Positions 16,077 through 24,485 of a stretch of 35,017 nucleotides of DNA are shown piece after piece; the first letter of the stretch is position 1, and each line of letters begins with the position of its first letter. Both the position numbers and the translations under genes were made by a program. Source of the stretch: a virus (Duplodnaviria > Caudoviricetes); IMG/VR virus record IMGVR_UViG_3300010005_000003, positions 1 through 35,017 of that record; one strand, 5' to 3'. Below the pieces are notes generated by a model, which worked only from the letters and a program-made list of their open reading frames with translations, ran no database searches and was not told where the DNA came from.

Positions 16077-16082
16077 CCTCCA

Positions 16083-16104
16083 GGCCTCCCCGCAAGGGGG
16101 GGTC
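16083..16104 (+). other. Intergenic hairpin with GCAA tetraloop
   Basis: GGCCTCCCC-GCAA-GGGGGGGTC. Confidence 0.6.
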
Positions 16105-16141
16105 ATCCATTCCCCTTTAGTTCCCCCAACGAAAGAGCACC

Positions 16142-17014
16142 ATGTCCAATTCATTCGACAACGTTTCCGTCCCCGCCGAGACCAACCCCGGCCCCTCCAT
16201 CCAGGAAAGCTATGACGCCCTCGTGGCCGAAGGCCTGATCCAGGACGAAGCCGCCGCAACCTCAGGCGACACCCAAGTTGCTCAAGGGGGAGCAGAAGAG
16301 GCCAAGGGGGATGCCCCCGCAGGTGAAGACACCGGCACCGAGCGTCCCTCTTGGCTTCCCGAAGAGTTCGACACCGTCGAAGAGTTCCGCGCAGCCTACG
16401 AAGCCATGAAGAATGGCGACGGCGAGGAAGAGGAGAGCACCGATGAAGCCTCCACGGAACCCACCGAAGAAGAACGCGCTGCCGCCGACGAGGCCACCAA
16501 GAAGGCTGGCCTGGATCTCAACACGGTCTCCCAGGAATACTGGGCCAACGGCGGTCTGACCGACAAGACCTACGAAGCGCTCGACAAGGCGGGTTACCCG
16601 AGGGAACTCGTGGACGTCTATATCGAGGGCCTCGTGTCCCGCTCGCAGACCACCGAGAGGGCCGTCTACGAACTCGCGGGTTCCCAGGAAGCCTACGGCG
16701 AGATGGTCCAATACGCCATCGACAACCTGACGGATGCGCAGCAGGAAGCCTACGACCGCGAGATCAACTCGGGCAACAAGACCCGCGTCATGAACGCCGT
16801 CAAGGCCCTCAAGGCCGACTTCGAGGCGCACCGCAAGGCCAACGAAAGCGTCGAACCCGACGAGATCATCGAGCCCAAGGGTGGCGCCGTGAAGTCCCAG
16901 GCCTACCAGAACTTGGACGACTACATGGAAGACATGAACGACCCTCGCTACGAAACCAGCGAGACGTACCGTCAGCAGGTAGCGGCCAAACTCGCTCGAT
17001 CCAACATCATGTGA
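16142..17014 (+). CDS. gp9: Capsid scaffolding protein (T7 gp9-like)
   Basis: Acidic. RPSWLPE, YEALDKAGYP, MNDPRY...YRQQVAAKL..S. Confidence 0.95.
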   Translation: MSNSFDNVSVPAETNPGPSIQESYDALVAEGLIQDEAAATSGDTQVAQGGAEEAKGDAPAGEDTGTERPSWLPEEFDTVEEFRAAYEAMKNGDGEEEESTDEASTEPTEEERAAADEATKKAGLDLNTVSQEYWANGGLTDKTYEALDKAGYPRELVDVYIEGLVSRSQTTERAVYELAGSQEAYGEMVQYAIDNLTDAQQEAYDREINSGNKTRVMNAVKALKADFEAHRKANESVEPDEIIEPKGGAVKSQAYQNLDDYMEDMNDPRYETSETYRQQVAAKLARSNIM

Positions 17015-17015
17015 C

Positions 17016-17246
17016 GTGGCCAGAGATTACAAAAAGGAATACGCGGCGAGCCGAACCCCGGCCCGTCGCAAAGCTAACATCATGCGTCAACGCGCCAGAC
17101 GACTGATGATCAAGAAACATGGCGCGGCTGCCCTGAAGGGGAAGGAAGTGGATCATAAGAATATGAACCCCACGGATAACTCCAAGGGAAACCTCCAGAT
17201 CCTCACTCTGAAGGCCAACCGGAAGAAGCAGCCAAAACGTAAATGA
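17016..17246 (+). CDS. Small HNH endonuclease-family protein
   Basis: RDYKKEY start. EVDHKN.NPTDN...NL......NR HNH core. Confidence 0.88.
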   Translation: MARDYKKEYAASRTPARRKANIMRQRARRLMIKKHGAAALKGKEVDHKNMNPTDNSKGNLQILTLKANRKKQPKRK

Positions 17247-17472
17247 GACGGCGGGGGATAGGACCTTGAAGAGCACTCCCGCCGCTCTCACCGACTGTCA
17301 TTGGAAACATGTTGCCGCTCCTCTCTAGGAGGGCGATCTCCCCTTGATTTCAATACCTTGCTTGCAAGTAGTCTCTCGGCCCCTCGGGGAACCACCGACT
17401 GGATGAACTCAGGTCACAGGCTCGAAATCATCTGCGCGGCCAAGCCGCCTTTTGTTTCCCTGAAACCATCCA
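17244..17472 (+). promoter_or_regulatory. Structured non-coding leader upstream of the major capsid gene
   Basis: Several stems: 17244-17257/17276-17290, 17312-17336, 17345-17351/17424-17430, 17436-17448. Confidence 0.55.
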
Positions 17473-18432
17473 ATGACGCAGTCCACCACAAACGCCGGTA
17501 TTCCGGCAGGCCCCTCGCATAGCGACAACCTGTACCTCAAGGTTTTCTCTGGCGAGACCATGAAGACCTTCAACACCCGCACGGTGATGAAGGGTCGCCA
17601 CCGCGAACGCACCATCCCGAACGGCAAGTCTGCGCAGTTCCCGGCGATCGGTCGCGCTGCCGCTGAGTACCACACTCCCGGCAACGTTCTGCTCGGCCAG
17701 GACGTCAACCATGGTGAGAAGGTCATCACCATCGACGACCTGCTCGTTTCCTCGGTGTTCGTTTCGAACTTCGAAGAGGCGATGAACCACTACGACGTCC
17801 GCTCCGAGTACGCCTTCCAGATGGGTGACAGCCTCGCCCAGGCCTACGACCAGCACCTCTTCGCAATCGCCGCCAAGGCTGCCATCAACGGTACCACGGG
17901 CGCCGTTGCGGAAATGGGTCCGGCCACGAAGGACGACATCGGCGCCGCTCCGACGCTGACGAGCATCATCGACAGCATCTACGCCTCGGCTGCATACTTC
18001 GACGCGACGAATGTTCCGGACACGGAACGCTTCGCCTTTGTGACGCCCCAGATCTACTGGGATCTCGTCCAGGACGGCTCCTTCCTGAACCGCGACTTCG
18101 GCAACGAAGGTAACGGCTCGAAGGCGAAGGGTGGCCTGATGAAGGTCGCGAACATGGACGTCGTCCCGACGAACAACCTCGCGAAGAACTTCGGTGTCAC
18201 CACGCTCGTCGGCAAGCAGGCCGGTGCGAACATTGCCGACTACACTGTCGATGCGACCAAGGCTCTCGTCCTGGTCATGCAGAAGCAGGCTCTCGGCACG
18301 GTCCAGCTTATGTCGCTCGCGACTGAGAAGGACTACAAGGTCGAACGTCAGGGTACCCTCATGGTGTCCCGTCTGGCTGTCGGCCACGGCGTCCTCCGTC
18401 CGGAGTGCCTTCGACTGATCCGCGCAGTCTAA
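17473..18432 (+). CDS. gp10: Major capsid protein (T7 gp10-like)
   Basis: LYLKVFSGE, RTIPNGKSAQFPAIGR, EKVITIDDLL, MNHYDVRSEY, GHGVLRPE. Confidence 0.98.
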   Translation: MTQSTTNAGIPAGPSHSDNLYLKVFSGETMKTFNTRTVMKGRHRERTIPNGKSAQFPAIGRAAAEYHTPGNVLLGQDVNHGEKVITIDDLLVSSVFVSNFEEAMNHYDVRSEYAFQMGDSLAQAYDQHLFAIAAKAAINGTTGAVAEMGPATKDDIGAAPTLTSIIDSIYASAAYFDATNVPDTERFAFVTPQIYWDLVQDGSFLNRDFGNEGNGSKAKGGLMKVANMDVVPTNNLAKNFGVTTLVGKQAGANIADYTVDATKALVLVMQKQALGTVQLMSLATEKDYKVERQGTLMVSRLAVGHGVLRPECLRLIRAV

Positions 18433-18443
18433 TCGCGGAATAC

Positions 18444-18474
18444 ATGGGGGGTCCTTCGGGGCCTCCCATTTTTT
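18444..18474 (+). terminator. T-phi-like terminator after the capsid gene
   Basis: ATGGGGGGTCC-TTCG-GGGCCTCCCAT followed by TTTTT. Confidence 0.9.
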
Positions 18475-18492
18475 CATCCCTGACACTGAGAA

Positions 18493-19098
18493 ATGGCTTC
18501 CACGACACCCACCTCCCAACTGGATGCGGTGAACATCATCCTTGCCGCCATGGGCGAGCCCCCGGTGAACTCCGTGCAGGGCAACATCCCCCTGGCAGCC
18601 ACGGTTGCCGACCGGCTCCTCGCTGAGACATCCCTGAATGTCCAGAAGCGCGGCTGGTTCTTCAACACCGAATACCACATCATGCAGCCTGGACCTGACG
18701 GCACCATCAAGGTCCCCTGGAATACCCTCACGCTCCGCACGGTCGGCCCCAGCGCCAACCAGCCGGTCGCCCTGAGGAACCAGATGCTCTACAACATGAC
18801 GCCCTACAAGCACTCGTTCCAGTGGACGCAACCGCTGTACGTAGAGATTATCGTGGGTCTCGACTTCGCAGACCTTCCCCCGACCGCCCGACAGTACGTC
18901 GTCTACCGCGCCGCCAAGGACATGATCGCCCGTGAACAGGGTGACGAGCTTGCCCTCCGCATAGCGCAGAACAACGAAGACCGGGCCCTGGCCGAACTCG
19001 CCTCCGAGCAGCTTACCGCTGAGCCTCTCAGCCTTCGCCAGCAGCCGGATTTCGCAGACAGCCTCGCGAACGGCGGCGACCTTCTTTTTGGTTACTAA
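18493..19098 (+). CDS. gp11: Tail tubular protein A (gp11-like)
   Basis: LDAVNIILAAMGEPPV, VQKRGWFFNTE, DFADLP...RQYV..RAA. Confidence 0.95.
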   Translation: MASTTPTSQLDAVNIILAAMGEPPVNSVQGNIPLAATVADRLLAETSLNVQKRGWFFNTEYHIMQPGPDGTIKVPWNTLTLRTVGPSANQPVALRNQMLYNMTPYKHSFQWTQPLYVEIIVGLDFADLPPTARQYVVYRAAKDMIAREQGDELALRIAQNNEDRALAELASEQLTAEPLSLRQQPDFADSLANGGDLLFGY

Positions 19099-19101
19099 CC
19101 C

Positions 19102-21495
19102 ATGACAGCAGTCTCAGGCGCGATCCCGAACCTGATCGGCGGGGTCTCCCAGCAGCCTCACGAGATCAGAGCGGCCAACACCGCAGATTTCCTTATGAAC
19201 TCCGTGTCCGACGTGACGGTCGGCCTGACGACCCGCAATGGCGCCACCCATTTGAGCACCCTGGGTAACATCCCGGCATCCGGCAACGTCGCCACACACA
19301 TCATCCAGAAGCCCCGAGGGGACTTCCTGGTGGTGGCTACCGAGGACGACATGTACGTCGTGAACCTCAAGACCGGCGCCCAGGAGACCGTGACCTTCCA
19401 GGACGCCTCGGCGCGATCCTATATCACGTCCACCGAGAGCGAGAAGCACCTAGGCTTCTACACCGTGGCCGACACCTCGTTCGTCTACAATCGCGACAAG
19501 ACCGTCGAGGTCCTGAAGCACAACGAGAGCGGTCTGACCGGACGAGATGAGGGCGGTACGCCCCGACGCAACCCAGGGCGCTATGGCACCATCTGGGTCA
19601 AGCAGAGGGCAGGGTATCTGGCCCACTACATCGGCTACTACAAGGGCAACAAGATCGTTGACGTCGAGACCGACGAGGCGACCCCCAAGGTCATCGCGAA
19701 CAATTTCGACAGTGCCTTCACCGCCGCTGGTATCCCCGCGAGCAAACCCTCGTCCACCGTGGTCTCCCTGGAGTTCCCCGATGAGAGCGGCTACGTGGAG
19801 GTGTCCGATGACCTCGCCAATCAGGCCCTGATCTCCTTCAACGAGTACATTGAGGAGTGGACGGACCTGCCGAACTTCGACCGCACGGGTCGCCTCGTGG
19901 AAATCCGCCAGACCCGCGCCGATCCCGGTGACGACTACTGGGTGATCCGCAAGCGTGGCCGCTGGCAGGAGACCTACGGCTGGGACGCCTACGAGGAGCC
20001 CATCCCCTCGACGTGGCCTCACGTCCTGGTGGACAACCTCGACGGCACCTGGACCCTCAAGCGCCACGAATGGAAGCCCCGCCTCGTGGGGGACGCCAAG
20101 TCCAACAAGACACCATCGTTCGTGAACCAGAAGATCAACTACATGTGGGTCTACAAGGGCCGCATGGGTATCCTCGCGGGTGAGCACATTGTGTTCTCCG
20201 AGGTGGGCGAGTTTGAGAACTTCTACCGCTCCTCCTGCTCGCAGCTACTCGACGACGACCGGATCGACATCTCGTCCACGTCAGGTGTCGGCGCCCCGCT
20301 GATGCATGTGAAGCAGTTCAATGACGCACTGCTCGTCTTCAGCCCGTTCTCCCAGTACATGGTGGCGGGTGACCGAGACGGCCTGCTGTCCCCGAACAAC
20401 GTCAACATCAAGCCGGTGAACTCCTTCCGCTGCGCTCGCCACGTCGCGCCTGTCTATGCTGGTCCGAATGTCGTCTTCATCGACGACTTCTCCAACAAGC
20501 GGTACGCCACGGTGCGCGAGTATCAGGTGGAGCGGACCTTCGGCACCCAGGTGGCCCCATCGATCACCGATCACGTCCCCGAGTTTATCCCCTCAGGCGT
20601 CTACAAGATCACCGAAAGTTCATCCGATGACGTCATGGCCCTTCTGACCAAGAAGCAGAAGGACAAGATCTTCCTCTACAACTACTACCACAACTCCGAA
20701 GGCAAAGTGCAGTCGAGTTGGCAGAAGTGGGACCTGAACTGCGAGATCTTCAATGTGGACTTCTCCGACGACAACATGATCCTCGTGGTGAACTACCTGG
20801 GGAAACTCATGGTGCTCTCGGTGAGCTTCATCATGGGCGCCTCGGACATCTTCAACGGCGATGACATCCTGCTCGACTTCAAGCTGACCAACGAGGAGAT
20901 CCTCGGGGTGACCGTCACCAGTGACGCAGCCGGTAAGCCGATCAGTCGCGTCCAGCTTCCCTGGAACGTCGCTTCAGACGAGAAGTGGGGGCAGTACCGC
21001 CTCGTGATCACTCCGGACAACACCGGGCCCCTCACGAAGGCCCAGACGTACACCCCGGTGGCGGTCGAGGGCGACAAGCTGTTGTTCGAAGGCATCAACG
21101 TGACCGGCAACCAGTACCACGTCGGCAAGACCTTCGTGTTCGAATGGAAGCTGAACCGGATCTACAATCGTGACCAGAACCAGGTGGCGATCCAGGACGG
21201 TAAGCTGATGCTTCGCGGCGTGTCCTTCCTCTACTCAGGCTCCGGTCCCTTCACGGTGACAACCACCCCTGAGAAGCGTGAGGACTACAAGCAGCGGTTC
21301 TCGGGCATCCGGGTCGGACAGGGCGAGACCAACGTCAACAACTTCCGCCTGGAGCACGGCGAGTTTCGAGCTTCTGCCTATGGCGAGGCCGCGACGACCT
21401 CCGTCCGTGTCACCGCACGAACCCCATGGCGCGTCCGCTTCACCTCTGTCGAATGGGATGGCGCCGTCCGTCTCTTCCGAAAGAGGACTACATGA
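19102..21495 (+). CDS. gp12: Tail tubular protein B (gp12-like)
   Basis: IPNLIGGVSQQP, R.VGD..SN.TPSF, DDRIDI, ITDHVP, QSSWQKW, EWDG. Confidence 0.96.
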   Translation: MTAVSGAIPNLIGGVSQQPHEIRAANTADFLMNSVSDVTVGLTTRNGATHLSTLGNIPASGNVATHIIQKPRGDFLVVATEDDMYVVNLKTGAQETVTFQDASARSYITSTESEKHLGFYTVADTSFVYNRDKTVEVLKHNESGLTGRDEGGTPRRNPGRYGTIWVKQRAGYLAHYIGYYKGNKIVDVETDEATPKVIANNFDSAFTAAGIPASKPSSTVVSLEFPDESGYVEVSDDLANQALISFNEYIEEWTDLPNFDRTGRLVEIRQTRADPGDDYWVIRKRGRWQETYGWDAYEEPIPSTWPHVLVDNLDGTWTLKRHEWKPRLVGDAKSNKTPSFVNQKINYMWVYKGRMGILAGEHIVFSEVGEFENFYRSSCSQLLDDDRIDISSTSGVGAPLMHVKQFNDALLVFSPFSQYMVAGDRDGLLSPNNVNIKPVNSFRCARHVAPVYAGPNVVFIDDFSNKRYATVREYQVERTFGTQVAPSITDHVPEFIPSGVYKITESSSDDVMALLTKKQKDKIFLYNYYHNSEGKVQSSWQKWDLNCEIFNVDFSDDNMILVVNYLGKLMVLSVSFIMGASDIFNGDDILLDFKLTNEEILGVTVTSDAAGKPISRVQLPWNVASDEKWGQYRLVITPDNTGPLTKAQTYTPVAVEGDKLLFEGINVTGNQYHVGKTFVFEWKLNRIYNRDQNQVAIQDGKLMLRGVSFLYSGSGPFTVTTTPEKREDYKQRFSGIRVGQGETNVNNFRLEHGEFRASAYGEAATTSVRVTARTPWRVRFTSVEWDGAVRLFRKRTT

Positions 21496-21959
21496 TCATC
21501 CGACAGGCGAGGGGCTCCGACTTGGGGCCTCTCTCCACCCGCCTCCGCGAGGAGGACGTCGAGGAGCTTCATATTGCCAGCCGTGGCCGCTCCACCCTTG
21601 AGAGCCTCCAGGTCTGCCTCGACAACTCCGACGTCACCTATATTTCAGAGACCGACGAAGGCCCCGTCATGTTCGGCGGGATCAACGTCAGGGACACCCT
21701 GGGGATCATCTGGGGTGTCGCCACGCCCCTCATCCGCAAGAACTTCAAGACCATCGGTGCGCTGACCCGCCCGGTCCTCCGCGACTGGTTCCTGATGTTC
21801 CCTGAGGTGCGCCTCATGTTCAACCATTCACTGACGGCCAACACCGTCCACCACCGCTGGCTCAAATGGGCAGGAGCGGAACTCTTCCCTCCGGTCCCCC
21901 GGGGGCCCAATGGTGAGCTATTCACCCCCTTCATAATCCGCAGGAGCACCTATGTGTGA
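21492..21959 (+). CDS. gp13: gp13-like internal virion protein A (GNAT-like fold)
   Basis: GAGGA RBS. RLREEDVEEL...N.VHHRWLKWAG, synteny. Confidence 0.8.
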   Translation: MIIRQARGSDLGPLSTRLREEDVEELHIASRGRSTLESLQVCLDNSDVTYISETDEGPVMFGGINVRDTLGIIWGVATPLIRKNFKTIGALTRPVLRDWFLMFPEVRLMFNHSLTANTVHHRWLKWAGAELFPPVPRGPNGELFTPFIIRRSTYV

Positions 21960-22413
21960 ACTCGGTGCCATCATCGGTCTCGCTTCAGGGGCCGCTCAGG
22001 TGGCTGGCCAGATGCAGGCCGCAAACACCAATGCGGAGATCGCCGTCCAACAGGCCCGACTGGAGCATGCCTCCCAGGAACGTGAGTACCTGATCGAGGC
22101 CGAAGCATCCGCCAAGGAAGCCTACAAGGCTGCCCAGGAACGAGACCGAGCCGTGGCCGAAGCCAAGGTGATCGGCGCCGAAATGGGCGGGGCAACAGCC
22201 AGCGAGCGGGTCTCCGAGCAGAACCGCCAGGGCGCCCTCTCGATTGCCAACGCGAAGGACCGCGCAGACGCGGCCCGGGGCAACTACGTCATGGCCGGGA
22301 ACAACTCCACCATCAAGGCCGACAACGACATCAAGGTGAACGCGGTGAACCCGCTGACCGCCTTCCTCGACATCGCCACGAGTGGCATCAAAGGATACGG
22401 AGCATTTAGCTAA
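21952..22413 (+). CDS. gp14: Internal virion protein B (gp14-like)
   Basis: AGGAG RBS. MCE start with hydrophobic N-terminus, synteny. Confidence 0.8.
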   Translation: MCELGAIIGLASGAAQVAGQMQAANTNAEIAVQQARLEHASQEREYLIEAEASAKEAYKAAQERDRAVAEAKVIGAEMGGATASERVSEQNRQGALSIANAKDRADAARGNYVMAGNNSTIKADNDIKVNAVNPLTAFLDIATSGIKGYGAFS

Positions 22414-24485
22414 TGGCCGCGCCGCAGCAGCAATCAACCCCCATCTTCCATGACAGCTACGGCGTCCCGAACCCTCAGGTGAACTACCAGCGGATGGACG
22501 CCAGGGACACCCCAGGTTACGCCCTCGCGAACCTCCTGGGTGCACTCCCTGACTTCTCGAAGCAGGTCCAGAAGAACCAGACGCCCGACGAGCCCAGCCC
22601 AGAGGAGCAGCAGCAGCTTGCCGCCCTGGCCAAGATCGGGGCCGACGAGACCAACCTGAGGATCGCCAAGGGTGACAACGTGTTCGGCCTCCTGAAGTCG
22701 AAGGACGTCACCATGGACGCCTACGAGCTTTCACGGGGTCAGGTTGATGCTGACCTGTGGGCCGGTGGTCTCCGCGACCGCTACAGCGCCTCAGGCCTCG
22801 CTGAGAACGACGACCCGGCTGCCTTCAAGGCCTTCATCGAGAAGGAGAAGGCGACCATGATGGCGAACATCAAGGACAAGGACAACAGCTACTACCACGG
22901 CTTCGTCACTCGGGTGGCCTCGGCCTTCGAGGAAGTCGGTGTTGCCCACGCGGGGCACCTCGACGCCTTCATTCCGGCCAAGCGCAAGCGAGCCGCTGAG
23001 ATGGACATCGAGAGCAAGACCCGGCTGGAGATGGCGGTGGAGAAGGAAACCACGGCTGTCGGACAGTTCCTCAAGGCCATCGGCCAGGGCGAGGCGCTCA
23101 GCTACGACGCACGGCACAACTATGCCAGCGGTGACGGTCGCCTCAAGTTCACCGAGATGACCCTCGACGAGGTCCTCAGGTGGCAGGCATCCGGTGCCTG
23201 GAAGAAGGACGGTGGAAGCTCCGCAGTGGGCAAGCACCAGTTCATCCGGGGCACCCTCCTGGAACTCGTCCGCGAGAGCGGCTTGGACCCCAAGACCACC
23301 AAGTTCACGCCGAAGGTGCAGGACCAGCTTATCATGACCCGGCTCCTCAAGACCCGTGGTCTGGCTGAGTACCTCGACGGCAAGATCTCGGTCGAGGAGT
23401 TCATCGACGGCAACGGCCTCAGGCCTGACCAGAAGGGCTTCCGAGGTGGCCTCAAGCACGAACTGGCGTCCATTCAGGGCACAGACGGCAAGGGGCAGTA
23501 CGACGGAGACGGCAAGAACCACGCAGCGATCCCCGCTCGCAAGGCAATCGCCGCCGCTATCGCCCTCAAGGAGGCCATCCTCCGCGACCCCGCGTCTCCA
23601 ATGAAGAAGAACGAGAAGGGCGAATGGGACATCGACAACAACGCCCAGCCGGATCTCTCTCAGAACCCTCAGGAGCGCGTCAGGACCACCCTGGATAACA
23701 TCGAGACCACCCACGGTGTCTCCCAGAAGGAGGGCCGCGAGTACGCCGCCAACGCCCTGATCAAGATGCTCGAAGCCGATCCCCGGAACCTCGACCGCAT
23801 CGACCTGGAGGACAAGATGTCCGACTGGAAGCTCTCGGCAACGCAGCGGCAGAAGGTCATGGAAGCCCGAGATCGCCTCAAGAGCGAGCAGGAAGCCCAG
23901 GGGGAACTTCAGGAGCGCCAGCGCCTGGAAGCCCTGTCCGAGGCAACGACCAAATTCCTCCGATCTGGCAACGTGGCCGACCTGGAAGCCGTCAAATCCT
24001 CCTCCCTGAAGGAGTACAATCAGCTTCTCAGGCTGCAAACCAACAAGTACGAGGGCATCAGCCTTCAGACGCCGAAGAAAACCTACCTGGAAGACCGCGA
24101 TCTCTTCAATGATCCCGAGTTTCCCAGCACGGTTCTCAATGATTACCTCGGCGGGAACATCAGCAAGGACACCTACCTAGCCGCGATGGAGCAGTTCAAC
24201 ACCGCCCAGGCCGCTAAGCCGGTCCTGGAGCTACCCGGTGTGGACGATTACCTCGACACCATCGAGAAATCGCTCCCTGCGAGCACCCAGAAGCTGTTCC
24301 GCAAGACCCTGGCGACCTCCGTGGCCGACCTCCAGAAGCGGAACAATGGCGAACGACCCACTCTCGACGAGGTGTTCGACGCAGCTACAGCACTCCATGC
24401 TCGCCTCCAGGCGACATCCCAGCAGAAGGTCCAGTCGGCAAAGGATCGACTGACCCAGCAAGACCAGCAGGAACCCAATGGATAA
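22413..24485 (+). CDS. gp15: Internal virion protein C (gp15-like) with an embedded lysozyme-like domain
   Basis: Size and synteny. MTLDEV..WQ...SSAVGKHQFI..TL...FTP..QD muramidase-like pattern. Confidence 0.8.
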   Translation: MAAPQQQSTPIFHDSYGVPNPQVNYQRMDARDTPGYALANLLGALPDFSKQVQKNQTPDEPSPEEQQQLAALAKIGADETNLRIAKGDNVFGLLKSKDVTMDAYELSRGQVDADLWAGGLRDRYSASGLAENDDPAAFKAFIEKEKATMMANIKDKDNSYYHGFVTRVASAFEEVGVAHAGHLDAFIPAKRKRAAEMDIESKTRLEMAVEKETTAVGQFLKAIGQGEALSYDARHNYASGDGRLKFTEMTLDEVLRWQASGAWKKDGGSSAVGKHQFIRGTLLELVRESGLDPKTTKFTPKVQDQLIMTRLLKTRGLAEYLDGKISVEEFIDGNGLRPDQKGFRGGLKHELASIQGTDGKGQYDGDGKNHAAIPARKAIAAAIALKEAILRDPASPMKKNEKGEWDIDNNAQPDLSQNPQERVRTTLDNIETTHGVSQKEGREYAANALIKMLEADPRNLDRIDLEDKMSDWKLSATQRQKVMEARDRLKSEQEAQGELQERQRLEALSEATTKFLRSGNVADLEAVKSSSLKEYNQLLRLQTNKYEGISLQTPKKTYLEDRDLFNDPEFPSTVLNDYLGGNISKDTYLAAMEQFNTAQAAKPVLELPGVDDYLDTIEKSLPASTQKLFRKTLATSVADLQKRNNGERPTLDEVFDAATALHARLQATSQQKVQSAKDRLTQQDQQEPNG

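Noticed and set aside
17344-17406. 20-codon TTG uORF after AGGAGG in the capsid leader
   Set aside because: Long SD spacing, the SD is buried in a stem, and there is no coding signal. Not supportable as a gene.
18380-18432. T7 10A/10B-type capsid frameshift
   Set aside because: No slippery sequence is evident, and a terminator follows the stop immediately.
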